From the NCBI GenBank assembly GCA_951406725.2, contig OX597824.1, forward strand, positions 16,182,001-16,246,000: a DNA stretch of 64,000 nucleotides. Direction: 5' to 3'. Each line of letters opens with the position of its first letter. Position 1 is the first letter of the stretch. The notes beneath the pieces were generated by a model. The model worked only from the letters and a program-made list of their open reading frames with translations. It was not told where the DNA came from and ran no database searches. The position numbers were made by a program, and so were the translations under genes. The stretch comes from Octopus vulgaris. Taxonomy: Eukaryota. This document shows positions 13,612-26,743 of this stretch, piece by piece.

Positions 13612-14354
13612 GTGAGGGATTATCAATCCGGGCAAAATAAATCATAAGCTCTTTGTTGGTATACCAGGCTAACAATATTACTTAGATTAGTGAAGAACTT
13701 CGGGTAATCTTTTGGTAGTGTCCAAGCCTTACGAAACACATTATCTCACAGTGATTAAGTTTTAGTATTCCGTTATGTGTACATGTATTTGTGGAATCTG
13801 CAACCGTTTTCATGTTAATATCACCGAGCAGAAATTCAACCCGCGAAACATCTGAATGGTCGTCGTCGATACTGACGGAGAATCTACCACTTTTAGGAGT
13901 GGTAGTCTGTATCTGCCTTGGTCTTGAGCATTACAGGGAGGACATCTGAGGGAACCGAGGATATATCGATGCCATACGGTGTATCATTGGTGATATCGAG
14001 TGCCATACGGAGTAACGTAGTTTTCGGTTTATCCGAACCTATCAGTCTTCAATTAGCAATTCAAAGTATTTATTCCGTAAAGAGATGGAAATAGCAAAGA
14101 ATGAGAGGGAGAGACACCAAGATAGAACTGGTACATTATTTACAGAGTGTAAAACAAAAAGCTGACCACGGCACGGTTTGAGGTAAGAGAACGATTACCG
14201 CAAAGCAACTTCCAGAGGCCTGGACATTTCGGTTAATTCACTGTCTTTAGCTTCTAGACATACGCGTTCGCGCGTTTTCGCGTTGGGTGCATGTATATGT
14301 ATGTACACACACACACGCACATGCATATTTATATATATATATATATGTATGTAT

Positions 14355-14437
14355 GGGCACAGGAATAGCCGTGTGGAAAGAAGCTTGAGCAAGTGGATTT
14401 GGAAGACGGAAACTGAAAGAAGTCCGTCGTATGTATG

Positions 14438-14491
<54 letters not shown>

Positions 14492-14645
14492 TGTGTGTGT
14501 GTGTGTGTATTTGAATTAGGTTCACAAAAGAAACCGAAAGAATAAGTACTAGGCTTTCAAAGAATAAGTCCTGGGGTCGATTTGCGCGACTAAATGCGGT
14601 GCTCCAGCTTGGCCGCAGTCAAATGATTGAAACAAATAAAAGAAA
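14355..14645 (+). mobile_element. SINE family S2 with internal deletions
   Basis: Head remnant and tail gcggtgctccagcttggccgcagtcaaatgattgaaac. Confidence 0.8.
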
Positions 14646-14671
14646 GTAATATATATATATATGTAAATTAG

Positions 14672-14704
<33 letters not shown>

Positions 14705-15313
14705 CGTATTTGAATTAGGTACTAAAGTCGGAGCACCAAGTCAGTTCGGTATTATCGGTGCAGCTCGAAGTAGGATGATTTTAAATCAAAATAAGCAATA
14801 CGACATCAGGTAGTGATTGAACAAGGCAATCATTACATCAATTTAAATACAGTGCCATCATCAGCTGCACAAAAAAATAAATAGAATTTTAGCCAGTTGG
14901 ACACATTAATTGCATTTAAATGGACGTAATGATTGCATTGTTCAATTAAATGGATCCGCTTGAAACGGTTGTACTGCATCACAAACGCACATACGTATGT
15001 ATGTATGTATGCATGTATGCATATATGTATGCATGTATGCATATATGTATGCATGTATGCATATATGTATGCATGTATGTATGTGTATAGATATGTGTGT
15101 GGCTGCCTATATATATATATCCTGAAGACTGGAAAACGCGATTCAGTAGGTTTTCGCGACGATGGAAAGAGAATTTATATAAATCAATTTTGGTCAAGGT
15201 AGAAAGGAGGGGCGGAATCAAGAACGAACTAGAAGAACATTTTGACCAGCCGTGTACAACATCCGATAGTCTGGTCAACACAACATACACACATACATAC
15301 ATACATACATACA

Positions 15314-15360
<47 letters not shown>

Positions 15361-15848
15361 TGGTCAAAACGGTAAGATAACAAAAGAAAGAGACCTCAAT
15401 ATTATGTAAATAGATGAAATTTATCTATAAAATAATATGTTACAATTACTCAATATATATATATGTTGTGTATATATGTATATATATGTATCTATACACA
15501 CACATATATATGTAAGTATATGAGTGTGTGCGTATGTATGTGTATATGTATATATGCATATATTCGTGGGTGTGCGTGCGCGTGTGGCTGATTCTAGTTA
15601 CAACATGTCCAAAGGTAGTTAATTTTCAGTAAATGTTTAAGCTGTTGAATCTATACTCAAAAATACACACACACACAACACACACACGCACGCTCGCACA
15701 CACACAGACACACATACATATGTATTATACATATATATATATTATTCATATATATATTATATATATATATATTATATATATATATGGATTTATATTTATA
15801 TATGCATGTCTGTACACACAAGCAAGCACGCACGCACACACACGCACG

Positions 15849-15895
<47 letters not shown>

Positions 15896-16266
15896 AGAAA
15901 CATCCCGTATCCGAATACATCAACTCGAAACACTTGTTTTATAGATAAACTTTCAACATAATTTACATACATGCGGTATATACAAGGTGTGCATGCGTGC
16001 ATGTGTGCGAGTGAGTGTGCATTTGTGTTTGCACGCGCGTGCGCTCGCTGGCTGACGTTTGTGTCGTGTGTACGTTATAGGAGGGGGAGTCATTTGAGAA
16101 TAATATTTATATTATTGTAACTAATCGATCGTGATCAATCGATTTTGTTCTGCATGTTATGTGAAGTACAGCGAACGATTTGCGAAACGGGCATCGATGG
16201 TTTCCATCATTTATTCATTATTAAATAAACACATGGATACAGATAAGCAAACACGTACATACTACA

Positions 16267-16337
<71 letters not shown>

Positions 16338-16341
16338 AATG

Positions 16342-16385
<44 letters not shown>

Positions 16386-16466
16386 TATGAATACCTACAT
16401 ACATACGCCTACACACATAGATGTGCACACATTGTATAAATGCATAAATATACATACATACAGTCA

Positions 16467-16561
<95 letters not shown>

Positions 16562-16562
<1 letters not shown>

Positions 16563-16780
16563 GCGGCGAGCTGGCAGAAGCGTTAGCACGCCGGGCGAAA
16601 TGCGTAGCCGTATTTCGTATTTCGTCAAATTCCGCCGAGGTCGACTTTGCCTTTCATCCTTTCGGGGGTCGTTAAATTAAGTACCAGTTACGCACTGGGG
16701 TCAATGTAATCGACTTAATCCGTTTGGCTGTCCTTGTTTGTCCCCTCTGTGTTTAGCCCCTTGTGGGTAGTAAAGAAATA
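16562..16780 (+). mobile_element. SINE family S1 (tRNA head, Meta-like domain, Tx1-like tail)
   Basis: ggcggcgagctggcagaa...gcctttcatcctttcggggtcg...tgtgtttagccccttgtgggtagtaaagaaata, flanked by (TA)n. Confidence 0.92.
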
Positions 16781-16938
16781 TATATATATATATATATGCA
16801 TAAATATACTTTTGACGGCAGCAATCCCTTGGGTTCTTAGAAGAGCGTTCGTCATATTTATCTGTGTTTTACTCTTATATGGCAATGGAAGGAAATACGG
16901 GATCTGCATTGGTTGCACATTCGTTCACAACAAATACA

Positions 16939-16986
<48 letters not shown>

Positions 16987-17569
16987 ACTAATTAACTACT
17001 GCTTGTCATTCAGTTACTTAGCCCGTCGGCAAAGCTTTTACATGATTAGAGAAAAAGGCGGTGGAAGAAAAGAGGGAAGGAGAAAAGAGTGAGAGAGAGA
17101 GGAACGTCCCTAATGTAAGGTGGACGGAATGTAATTTTAATGCTTTCACGTGAGTAGTTGGAGGAAAAAAGAGGAGAAAGAAAAGAGACAGAAAATGAGA
17201 ATAAAGCGAAGAGTAATACCGATAGAGGGAGAAAGAAAAAGAGGGAGTGAGAACCGCCTATGACGTGAGGTTGGGGAACGTAATAGTTATTACGTGGTTA
17301 GAAGAGTTGAAGGTAGAGGAGGAGAGTTAAAAATATAATTTTAGCGGAGGGGTGATGTTCTGATGGTGAGGTCAAAATAAGGCTGGGAGAGAGGCGTGAG
17401 AGAGAACGTAAGAGGGGAAAGAGAGAGGATGAGAGACAGATGATGATGATGATTATGGTGGTGGTGGTGGGGATTAGCTAGTGAAAAGTATATAATTTTA
17501 AACTGAACTAAGTTTTATTTAAGTTGCAGATGTATGCAATTTAACAAAAGGTTGTTTCATATTCTTTCA

Positions 17570-17975
17570 GTCTTTTATTCTTTTACTTGTTTCAGTCATT
17601 TAACTGCGGCCATGCTGGAGCACCGTTTTTAGTCGAAGAAATCGACCTCGGGACTTATTCTTTGTAAGTTTAGTATTATATATCGGTCTCTTTTGCCGAA
17701 TCGCTAGGTTACGGGGACGTAAACGCACCGACGTCGGTTGTCAGGCGATTGTGAGACACACACATACACACACACACACACAAACGTATATATATATAAA
17801 TATATATATATACGAACGGCTTCTTTCAGTTTCCATCTAGCAAATCCTCTCACAAGGCTTTGGTCGGCCCGAAGTTACAGTAGAAGATACTGGCCCAAGG
17901 TGCCCCGTAGCGAGACTGGACTCGGAACCATGTGGTTGGGAAGCAAGCTTCTTACCGCACAGCCACTCCTGTGCC
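17570..17975 (-). mobile_element. SINE family S2
   Basis: Reverse complement of 53949-54375 over its full length. Confidence 0.9.
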
Positions 17976-18439
17976 TATGTACAGGATATATATATGTTTT
18001 TATAGGTAGAAAATGGAAAAATCAGAGTAATTCTTTAAAATTTATGAGTGCTGTGCATTAAGTCTATCAAAATTGTGCATAATATATATAAAGTGTACAT
18101 ATATAAAGTGCATTAAGTAATCATTGTATTCCAATTTTTGTCACTTTTAAATGAGCAGCGGACGAGCGACCATCTTTTCATACAGACACAACAGAGGCTA
18201 CGCTTTCAGGCGTTTTAGGTAAAGTCTTCAGAAATAATTCAATAGGTTTACCATTAATTCCGTGAAATACTCACGGGTCCCTCTAGTTCACATAAATTTA
18301 TCGATAAGGAGGCCACTATGTGATCACTTACCCCAGCTAGATCTTCCTTCACATCAAACCCTTTTCTTAGTCTAGGAAGCGTATAAAAGCTGGTAACTAT
18401 GGCTTCAATATATTTCACCCTGTATATGTTCTTAATCCA

Positions 18440-18637
18440 ATAATAATGGTTTCGAATTTTGGTTCAAGACCAGCATATTCGGGCGAGTGGTTAAGTCGAT
18501 TACATTGACTCTAGTACGCTACTGGTACGTATTTTATCCCCAAAAGGATGAAAGGTAAAGTTGATTTCAGCGAGATTTGAACTCAGAACGTAATGACGGG
18601 GGAAATGGCTCTAACGATTCTGCCAGCTCACCGCCTT
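18440..18637 (-). mobile_element. SINE family S1, diverged
   Basis: aaggatgaaaggtaaagttg...tttgaactcagaacgtaa...ctgccagctcaccgcc. Confidence 0.8.
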
Positions 18638-18668
18638 AATAATAATGATGATAATAATAATAATAATG

Positions 18669-18701
<33 letters not shown>

Positions 18702-18723
18702 GTAGTAGTAGTAGTAGTAGCAA

Positions 18724-18782
<59 letters not shown>

Positions 18783-18814
18783 ATAATAATAATAAGAAGA
18801 AGAAGAAGAAGAAG

Positions 18815-19185
18815 AATGTATGATAATCGACGTAGCATGCCCCGGTGACAACAGGATCAATGTGCAAGAAGAAGAAAAAAAACAGCTCTGACGATTTTAA
18901 GTGGGAAATACGAAGGTTGTGGTCAATGAAGAGAGCAGACGTGATACCAATCTTGATTGGTGTACTTGGAAGTATCTGCACTCAACTACCAACATGGATG
19001 TAAAAGGTTGGTGCAAGTGTGAAGGTAGAGCACCTACAAAAATCAGTATTGCCTGGAACTGCAAGAATTCTTCGCAGAGTTCTTGAAGCATGACCAGTAA
19101 ACAAGTGTCACCTTGGTCTGCTGGCTGTGGACAGCTGACACTTTCCATCATACTCAGCAAAATAAAGCGAAGAGTTTTCATATAA
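18815..19185 (+). pseudogene. 3' fragment of an R4/Dong-type non-LTR element (restriction-like endonuclease C-terminus)
   Basis: Manual translation CMIIDVACPGDNRINVQEEEK/DDFKWEIRRLWSMKRADVIPILIGVLG...QKSVLPGTARILRRVLEA with a frameshift and a stop; follows a (TAA)n-rich tract. Confidence 0.85.
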
Positions 19186-19299
19186 TGATAATGTTACACA
19201 CGTAGTAAGTGAATGTAGAGATTACTCATGTAGCGGTGGTGCCCCAGCATGGCCGCGGCCTTCGGGCTAAAACATTTTTAAGGATTTAAGGATTTATAG

Positions 19300-19895
19300 G
19301 AAGTGAATGTAGCATGCTAGCACAGAAAGAATACAAGAAAAGACATGACAACCTAGGGAGAGTAATCCACTGGGAGTAGTGTAGAAAGCTAGGATTTGAA
19401 CATACTGATAAATGGTATGAACATGGATTTAGGAAAGTGCTAGAAAGTAAGAAATATAAGATGTTGTGGGACTTTGACATTTAGACTGACAAAGGAATAG
19501 AAGGTAGAATGCCTGGTATAGTAGCAATAGACAGAGAGAGTAGAAAATGTCAGACAATTGACTTTACAGATCCAAATGAGGAAAATATCAATATGAGAGG
19601 TATAGAAAAATAGCAAAGTACCAAGACCTAGCCATTGAATTACAGAGATTATGGAAAGTGCAGGTAAAATGTATCCCAGTAGTTATAGGTGCATAACCCT
19701 TAAAGATTTGAACAGATGGATTGAGGAAATAGGCGTAAAACCTAGTCTACTACAGCTCCAGAGAACTGTGTTTTTCGGGTCAGCTAGGATATTTTGGAGG
19801 GCTCTTGGCACCTCAGGTTACTTATTGAAGCCCGATGATAGGAATTTTTGTTTTCCAACAGTCTAATCTATTGTGTGTATATGAAAATGGTAATA
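19300..19895 (+). pseudogene. Second R4/Dong-type RLE endonuclease fragment
   Basis: SECSMLAQKEYKKRHDNLGRVIHWE...KWYEH...LWDFDI*TDK...KYQDLAIELQRLWKVQVKCIPVVIGA, with stops and frameshifts. Confidence 0.88.
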
Positions 19896-19909
19896 ACAGT
19901 CCCTTATCT

Positions 19910-20120
19910 TATAAGGCCTAAAATTTGATGGGAGGGTGGGTTTGGTGCTGTACGTCGATTGTATCGATCCCAATGCCTAATTAGTACTTATTTTGTCGAC
20001 CCCGAAAGGATGAAAAGCAAAGTCGACCTCGGCAGAATTTCAACTCAGAACATATAGCCGGACGAAATGCCGGTAAGCATTTTGCTCGGTGTACTAACGA
20101 TTCTGACAGCTCGCCGCCTT
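19910..20120 (-). mobile_element. SINE family S1
   Basis: gtcgaccccgaaaggatgaaaagcaaagtcgacctcggcagaattt...cagctcgccgcc. Confidence 0.85.
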
Positions 20121-20154
20121 AGTAAATAATAATAATAATAATAATTTTAATATA

Positions 20155-20400
20155 TAGAAAATGAAGAAGGTGAAGATAGTGCTAATTATTGTTGGGTCCT
20201 TGGGGACCGTATCAGAAGACATCAAAAGGAATATCAAAGAAATTGGAATAGAGTGCTCAGTAGAACTTACAATAGGTTTGACTCCTTGGCACAGCCAGAA
20301 TAAACAGGAAAGTATTAGATAACTGAAAAAAAACGGATAGCATGGTACCGTAGCAAGACTTCAGGAGTCCAGGAGTCCAACGAAAGCTGTGATACAAAGA
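20155..20400 (+). pseudogene. Third R4/Dong-type 3' fragment
   Basis: KMKKVKIVLIIVGSLGTVS...LLGTARINRKVLDN*, flanked by (AAT)n on both sides. Confidence 0.75.
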
Positions 20401-20420
20401 AATAATAACAATAACAAAGA

Positions 20421-20760
20421 TGCCTTGATGCAGTACCAGACAGTGGCTATCGTGGCTTCTGATCTTAACTGATTGGAAGTGTTATCATGTACATTGTTTT
20501 GTCTTGGTAAAAAAGATGGGCTACAGTATATATTTTGCTCAATAACACAGATTTGCTTGTCAGTTGTTTGACCTTAATCAGTTGACCATGTCCCTTAGTG
20601 GCTGACGATATGTGCATCTCTGATCATGAGCAGAAGTAGCGGAGGATCATGATAGCTATCTGTTGAGAAGAATTCTTTGGGGTTTGAATAATTTACCTGT
20701 GGAAATATGGGCGTTTCATTCATTATCGTTAAACAACCCTTATTCAGGGACCTTTTAAGT
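20421..20760 (+). mobile_element. Non-coding (TAA)n-associated element, partial copy
   Basis: Homologous to the reverse complement of 30586-31130. Confidence 0.8.
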
Positions 20761-21771
20761 GAGGTAAAGTTGACCTCAGCAGGATTTGAAATTACGACAT
20801 ACAGTGTCAGAAGAAATTACATTTGTCTGATGGTCTAACGATTTAGTCTTCTCGCCACCTTAGGTGACACCAAGATTATGATAGTGATTTGTAATAATGG
20901 TACGAAAGGATGCATTTTAGAGAATAGGGTTTTGTTGATTATCTGTGGCCAATGTTTGACTAGATTTTATATTAGAGACCTATGAATGGATGATAAGGAA
21001 AATACGTTTCATGGTGGGAATCGTGTTCGACACGTCTTACACTAATATAATATGGCTGCCATTTGAACATGCTTGGTATTGTAAAGTTGTCAATTTCGTT
21101 AGGTATTGTAATTGTCTCACATTACACTTACACTCAAAAATATCCCACACACAACTATAAACACGCGGACATACACACAAAGCTATAATCGCACTTACAC
21201 ATACCCTTATAAACACTTCCACACATACATAATGAACACTCGCTGTACAATTCGAAATGAAGAATGAATTAGGAATGTACATCAGAGAAATTACATTTAC
21301 TAATGGTGTCAAATTTGTACTTTGAAGAATTCTGAACATTATTCTACTATGACAAGGAAGAAGAGCCAACCGGCCGGCCGGCCAGCCAGCCAACCATCTT
21401 CTTGTAAGTTTCTGATATTTAAGTGTATCCTCCGTCTGATTCTTAATCTTATTTGCTAGGTTAGTTGAGACAGCAATTAAAGGATAAAATGACTTAGCTA
21501 AATTTAGCCGGTGAATATTACAGCACGTGGTATTGAATTGCTGGATTGTTAGACCTTTTGTAAATAGAGTAATCATGTAGAAAGAGAGGCTTATTAATAC
21601 AGAAGTATTTGATATTTATATAGTATTTAGTAACATAAGCTTGCTCCGCCATATTTACTACTTAAAAGAAATTATATTTTCTAGCGGGAGACTTTCTAAC
21701 AGGGATGGTATTTTAACTTGGTTCGGTTAGAATATAATCATGAGATCATGTTTAACTAAATTATATTATGA

Positions 21772-21951
<180 letters not shown>

Positions 21952-21961
21952 TATATATAGG

Positions 21962-22028
<67 letters not shown>

Positions 22029-22537
22029 CATATATATATATATATACATACATACATACCTACTTATAAGTAGGTGGAGCAAATTTCATAGCAGAGTTAA
22101 TTAAATGCATTCACCAAGTCAGGCTGTATTAATTTCGCAAGTAATACGTTATATTATAAATGGTTGATATTTTAAATTAGGCAAGTAATATTGTAGTATG
22201 GATGGTGAAATTTGTGAAAATGATATTTAAATGTGAGAATTATAACCAGCAAATCGTTAGAATCTGTTTTTCCTGTTTAATTTTCATTAATTTATACATT
22301 TATTTACTATTTATTGAGATATATGTTTGTTTGTTGTTTGGCATTTTATTTCCTTAGAGTTTATTCTGCGTATTATTCTCTTAAGAATAATCAATGTTTT
22401 TTTGTATTTTTATATTTATTTGGTAATTTCACAGATGCAGTAAGAATCTGTGTGCGGCTCACAGATGTGCAACGAAAGATCCAGAGGCTAACGAAGATCA
22501 CATAAATAAATGGAAGAATATTTATAACAGTGTGAAG

Positions 22538-22870
22538 GCGCATGACTCAGTGGCTAGAGCGTCGAACGTACGATCGTCAGGTTGTGAGTTCGAATCCCGG
22601 ACCGGACTGCGTGTTGTGTTCTTGAGCAAGACACTTCATTTCACGTTGCCCCAGTTCACTCAGCTGTAGAAATGACTTGCGACGTCATTGGTGCCAAGCT
22701 GTATCGGCCCCTTTGCCTTTCCCTTGGATAACATCAGTGGTGTGGAGAGGGGAGAGTGGTATGCCTGGGCGACTGCTGTTCTTCCATAAACAACCTTGCC
22801 CGGACTTGTGCCTGGTGAGGGGGTAACTGTCCAGGTGCAATGTCATGGCTATTCGTGACCGAAGTGGGTC
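22538..22870 (+). mobile_element. tRNA-derived SINE with CORE-like domain
   Basis: ggcgcatgactcagtggctagagcg...gagttcgaatcccgg...gttgtgttcttgagcaagacactt; related copy at 41409. Confidence 0.85.
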
Positions 22871-23526
22871 TCCGAAATTTATAACAGTACCCTAGTTTAT
22901 AAAGTGCCCTAGTTTATAAAGTGCCAAGTAATATCATGAGTCTTGTAAGACTCATTGCCTGTGCGATTAGGAAGCTTCCTTGCAATCACGTGGTTTGAGG
23001 ATCATTCACACTGCAAGACATCATTAAACAAAGTACTCGCGTCGATTTGTCCGAGAAAAAAAGTCTTCCAGACGGTGGCCCAGCTTTGTCGTAGTCCAAT
23101 ATCTGAAACAAATAAAAGATAAAATGTGCAAAAGAAAGAAACAAAATTTCAGATTTAAAAAAATTATGCTATTCTTATCCGGATCTGGAGTTGACATCAT
23201 TGACTAACTTCCTTCCAATATTTACGGATTAGCAACTAAATCAAGGACCAAAATTGCAAATATACTCTAGGCAGTGGATTAGCAGAATAGGTAGAGCTAT
23301 AAGCAAATTACCCTGCATTGTTATATTACATTTAATTCGCATTCCGAGTTCAAAGCCCGAGGAATTAATACATGAAGTAAGAACCGTATACAAGTCGAAT
23401 TTTTGCGACCAAAGTTTACTGCCAAAATTGGCAGGTCGACTTATACAAGAGAACGATTTTGGAAAACCAAAGATCGCAATGATGCAAAGCGGCTGCAGTT
23501 GCGAAGATAGCGACGATGTTTGAATG

Positions 23527-24046
23527 TGTTATGTCGCATGTTCGGATGCCTTCTACTCAACTCGACCCTGACCTCTGTCGACGTCTAGACTTCTCCCAAT
23601 ATATATCTACGTATTGGGATAGCTTATTTCATCGTCTGGGGACGTCCACACAACACCTCCCCTTTTTGAGTTTTTAAACCCGAATTTATCAATTTTATTT
23701 CCTCAGTGAGAAACTGGCATATCCTTTTCTCTTAGCGTTAATTTCCATCATTTCTGTAGGTTTTCTCTTCCTGTTCGACCTACGTGTCGGTTCTGCTTTT
23801 GCTTGTGGTTCTGGGTCCTCGAACACTTTTGCTTGCGGTTCTGGGACCTGGAACAAATCATACCATAAACCCATTGAGATATTCCCGCGTGAGTTCGAAT
23901 CTCGTCCTCGTCGCCACTGTTATGTCGCTCGTTCGGATGCCTTCTACACTCAACTCGATTCTGACCTCTGTCGACGTCTAGACTTCTCCCTATACATCTA
24001 CGTATTGGGCTAGACTATTTCATCGGCTGGGGGCGTCCACACAACA
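23527..24046 (-). mobile_element. Miniature internally deleted Gypsy-type LTR element (TRIM-like)
   Basis: Two 129-bp LTRs (23527-23655 and 23918-24046) with TGTT...AACA ends, GAATG 5-bp TSD on both sides, minus-strand PBS TGGCGACGAGG and PPT AAAAAGGGGAGG. Confidence 0.93.
23868..23916 (+). pseudogene. Reverse-transcribed 3' half of tRNA-Ser(GCU) including CCA (extended PBS)
   Basis: AA-CCCAT-TGAGATATTCCCGC-GTGAG-TTCGAAT-CTCGT-CCTCGTC-G-CCA is colinear with anticodon stem 3' strand, long variable arm, T arm, acceptor strand and CCA. Confidence 0.8.
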
Positions 24047-24761
24047 GAATGTTTACACAACATGATTATAACACCGATTCGTAAGCCCGAACAGATAGCA
24101 ACAACCAAATACAATTATTAGCGCCTTTAAAGTGTAAGAAGTACACATGTGCAGCAAATGACTGTCGTCATTCTGTTCTCATTCCACTAAACTGTCTGCT
24201 GCTCTCCGTCAAATAAATGAATATGCAAATAAATAAATAAATGACAAATAATAACGGTTGATGAAAATATTTATTTATAATCAGAAATCTCGGCCAGTTT
24301 AATTAATAGCAATTCAAAATTTGGTCAGTGATTCATTTTAAAATATAATAATTTAAAAAAGAAAAGCAAGACATGACAAAAATTTTGATATTTATATCAT
24401 TTTATTAATTTTGTTATTATTGTATTATTTCTATTTTAATTTTTATTTCACTTGTAACATTCTGACTTTCGTTTCATTTTCTTCTATTTATATTTCATTT
24501 GATTTTTGTATTTATATTTCATTTCTTTTAAACTTATTTATTATTTTTTTAATTTCATTTTATTATGTATGTATTTTATTTCCATTAATTTTTTATTTAT
24601 ATTTAAGTATTTCATAAATATAACTTTTGTTTTATTTTTTTGCAGTTTTTCCACAATAATATAAAAGACAAAATCTGAAATGTAAAAGATAACAAAAGTC
24701 AAGAAAAAATTTGGAAATCGCTTCTAAATTTAAAAGAAAATATTATATTCATATATTTGTC

Positions 24762-24822
<61 letters not shown>

Positions 24823-24827
<5 letters not shown>

Positions 24828-24978
24828 CCTACCTCACGGCAAGTGGTACAAATTAGGGTAGCTATATCAAACTCCATTCTTCATCAAGTGCCACGTATTA
24901 GACGAGGTTCCTAGTAATAACGGTGTAGCGCAAAACGGCGGTGCATCAGCATGGACGCAGCTCTGAGCTGAAACTTTA
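24823..24978 (+). mobile_element. 3'-terminal fragment of the CR1-group LINE
   Basis: [29 protein letters not shown] plus the same 3' UTR as 6089-6156. Confidence 0.9.
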
Positions 24979-25058
24979 TAAATTATATATATATACATAT
25001 ATGTGTGTGTGTGTGTATGTGTGTGTACAAACATGTATGTACATATATATGTGTCAAT

Positions 25059-25101
<43 letters not shown>

Positions 25102-25109
25102 GTCCCTAC

Positions 25110-25275
25110 ACACATTTTTTCCTCTCCTTGTTTCTTTCTGTTCCTTTCTGTGGAAGAGCGTAGGCTCGAAACGTAAAAGACTTTTTCGATTCCCGAGGGT
25201 TATACTTAGACACCTGTTTGTTTTCTACACCACCTGTCTTTGTCTTTTGTTGTTTTTTTCATGAATTTTTCCCAT
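25110..25275 (+). mobile_element. Hammerhead-bearing element family B
   Basis: CTTT-CTGTGGA-A-GAGC-GTAG-GCTC-GAAA-CG-TA-AAAG at 25144-25179; ends in (TA)n. Confidence 0.7.
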
Positions 25276-26641
25276 ATATATATATATTTGGCACATACAA
25301 GGTAGATATATCTACTTTGTATGTGCCTCAATAAATATTATTATATTAAAAGCGATACTTCACTTCATGCAATTATGTGCAGCATTGGAAAACGTATTCC
25401 TTTATCTAATTGTACATGAAGGCATTCATTTGGTCGAGTCACCCTCTGTATGTACACACTTTTAATTTATATGCTGTATTCTTTCTAAACATGGTATGTG
25501 ATACACCAAATTAAACTTATTTACGTAGGGGAACAAAGGAATAGAAAGCGGGGGATAAAATATTGTATAGTTTGATCTGGGTTATACTTAACACAGAAAC
25601 AAAAATTATGGTTGCGATTGCCACTGTTGCAAACTCATTTCCAACCCTGTTCTGAAAGATCAAGGCCTGCTTCGGGTTAAAGGGTAGTAGACGTAGCCCC
25701 AGGAGCAACAGTAAGAGCAATGCCCTAACTATCTGGTAGACAATCATAAACTAGCCCCTTTTTGTAATGTTCAATGATAGAGGTCAAATTATCAACACAT
25801 CAACTATGAAATGTAAATAACACCTTGAATGTGATGTTGTCACTGAAGTCATCAATTAACATCAATCTTTATGATAGCAATAAAAACAAAGCAAAATAAC
25901 AATCGGTTGAATCATATGTCCTTGAGACAATTTTGCTTCTTTATTTTGTTTCAGTCAAAAGACTGAGACCAGGCTGGAGCACAGCCTACTGAAAGAATGA
26001 GAAGTAAATAACAGTTTAAACTGACATTAATAGCCAAATCTAAATTTAAACCTTCATACAGACATATCTGCTCTAGACGTCCAGTGTTAGATATTTATTA
26101 ATTTAACAACACCCCAATGACCGTCATTGTCACGACAACCCCTGCACCAGTTGAGGAATTTTATAATAACTAGGTGAATGCATAATTTATTAGTTTGAAA
26201 TATTGTAAATATTTTCCATTGTGTTTCTTTGTGTTTGTTTTATTCTATCAATTTCTCTACTGATTAAAATAGAAAGATAGAAAAAAAATATTTAACCCTC
26301 TTTGTTTTTGCGTTCCTGTGTATGATTGTGTGTACGCTTACATTCGATACGGACTTGTGAAGTAGAGCGAGGAAGATCATCTGAGTAAAAACGAACCGAG
26401 CTAAGCTACAAATGACAGCGTTTCGTGTGATTTTGTCAAGCCATTCAGGCAGTCTCTGCCATAGAGGAGGCGAAGTCACGTCGAAACATCGTAACTTAGG
26501 GTCCCCTGATATTTATTTTTTGTACACAAATTATATAGACAAATTTTTCATCGAGAAAACATATAGAGTGAATGCATTTCACGTTTTAGTTACAGGAACG
26601 CTAAAAGTAAATGACTGAGCTCGGTCTTGTGTGGTCAGTTA

Positions 26642-26691
<50 letters not shown>

Positions 26692-26707
26692 TACATACAT
26701 ACATACA

Positions 26708-26743
<36 letters not shown>

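Noticed and set aside
13620-14290. Unique-looking sequence as a possible host exon
   Set aside because: No sustained ORF or recognisable protein motif found in the parts translated by hand.
15121-15180. CTGAAGA...GGAAAG possible hammerhead
   Set aside because: Stem I is absent and stem III is not supportable.
21037-21576. 179-aa minus-strand ORF
   Set aside because: Runs through degenerate (CA)n and (GCCA)n repeats, has no recognisable motif and no splice evidence.
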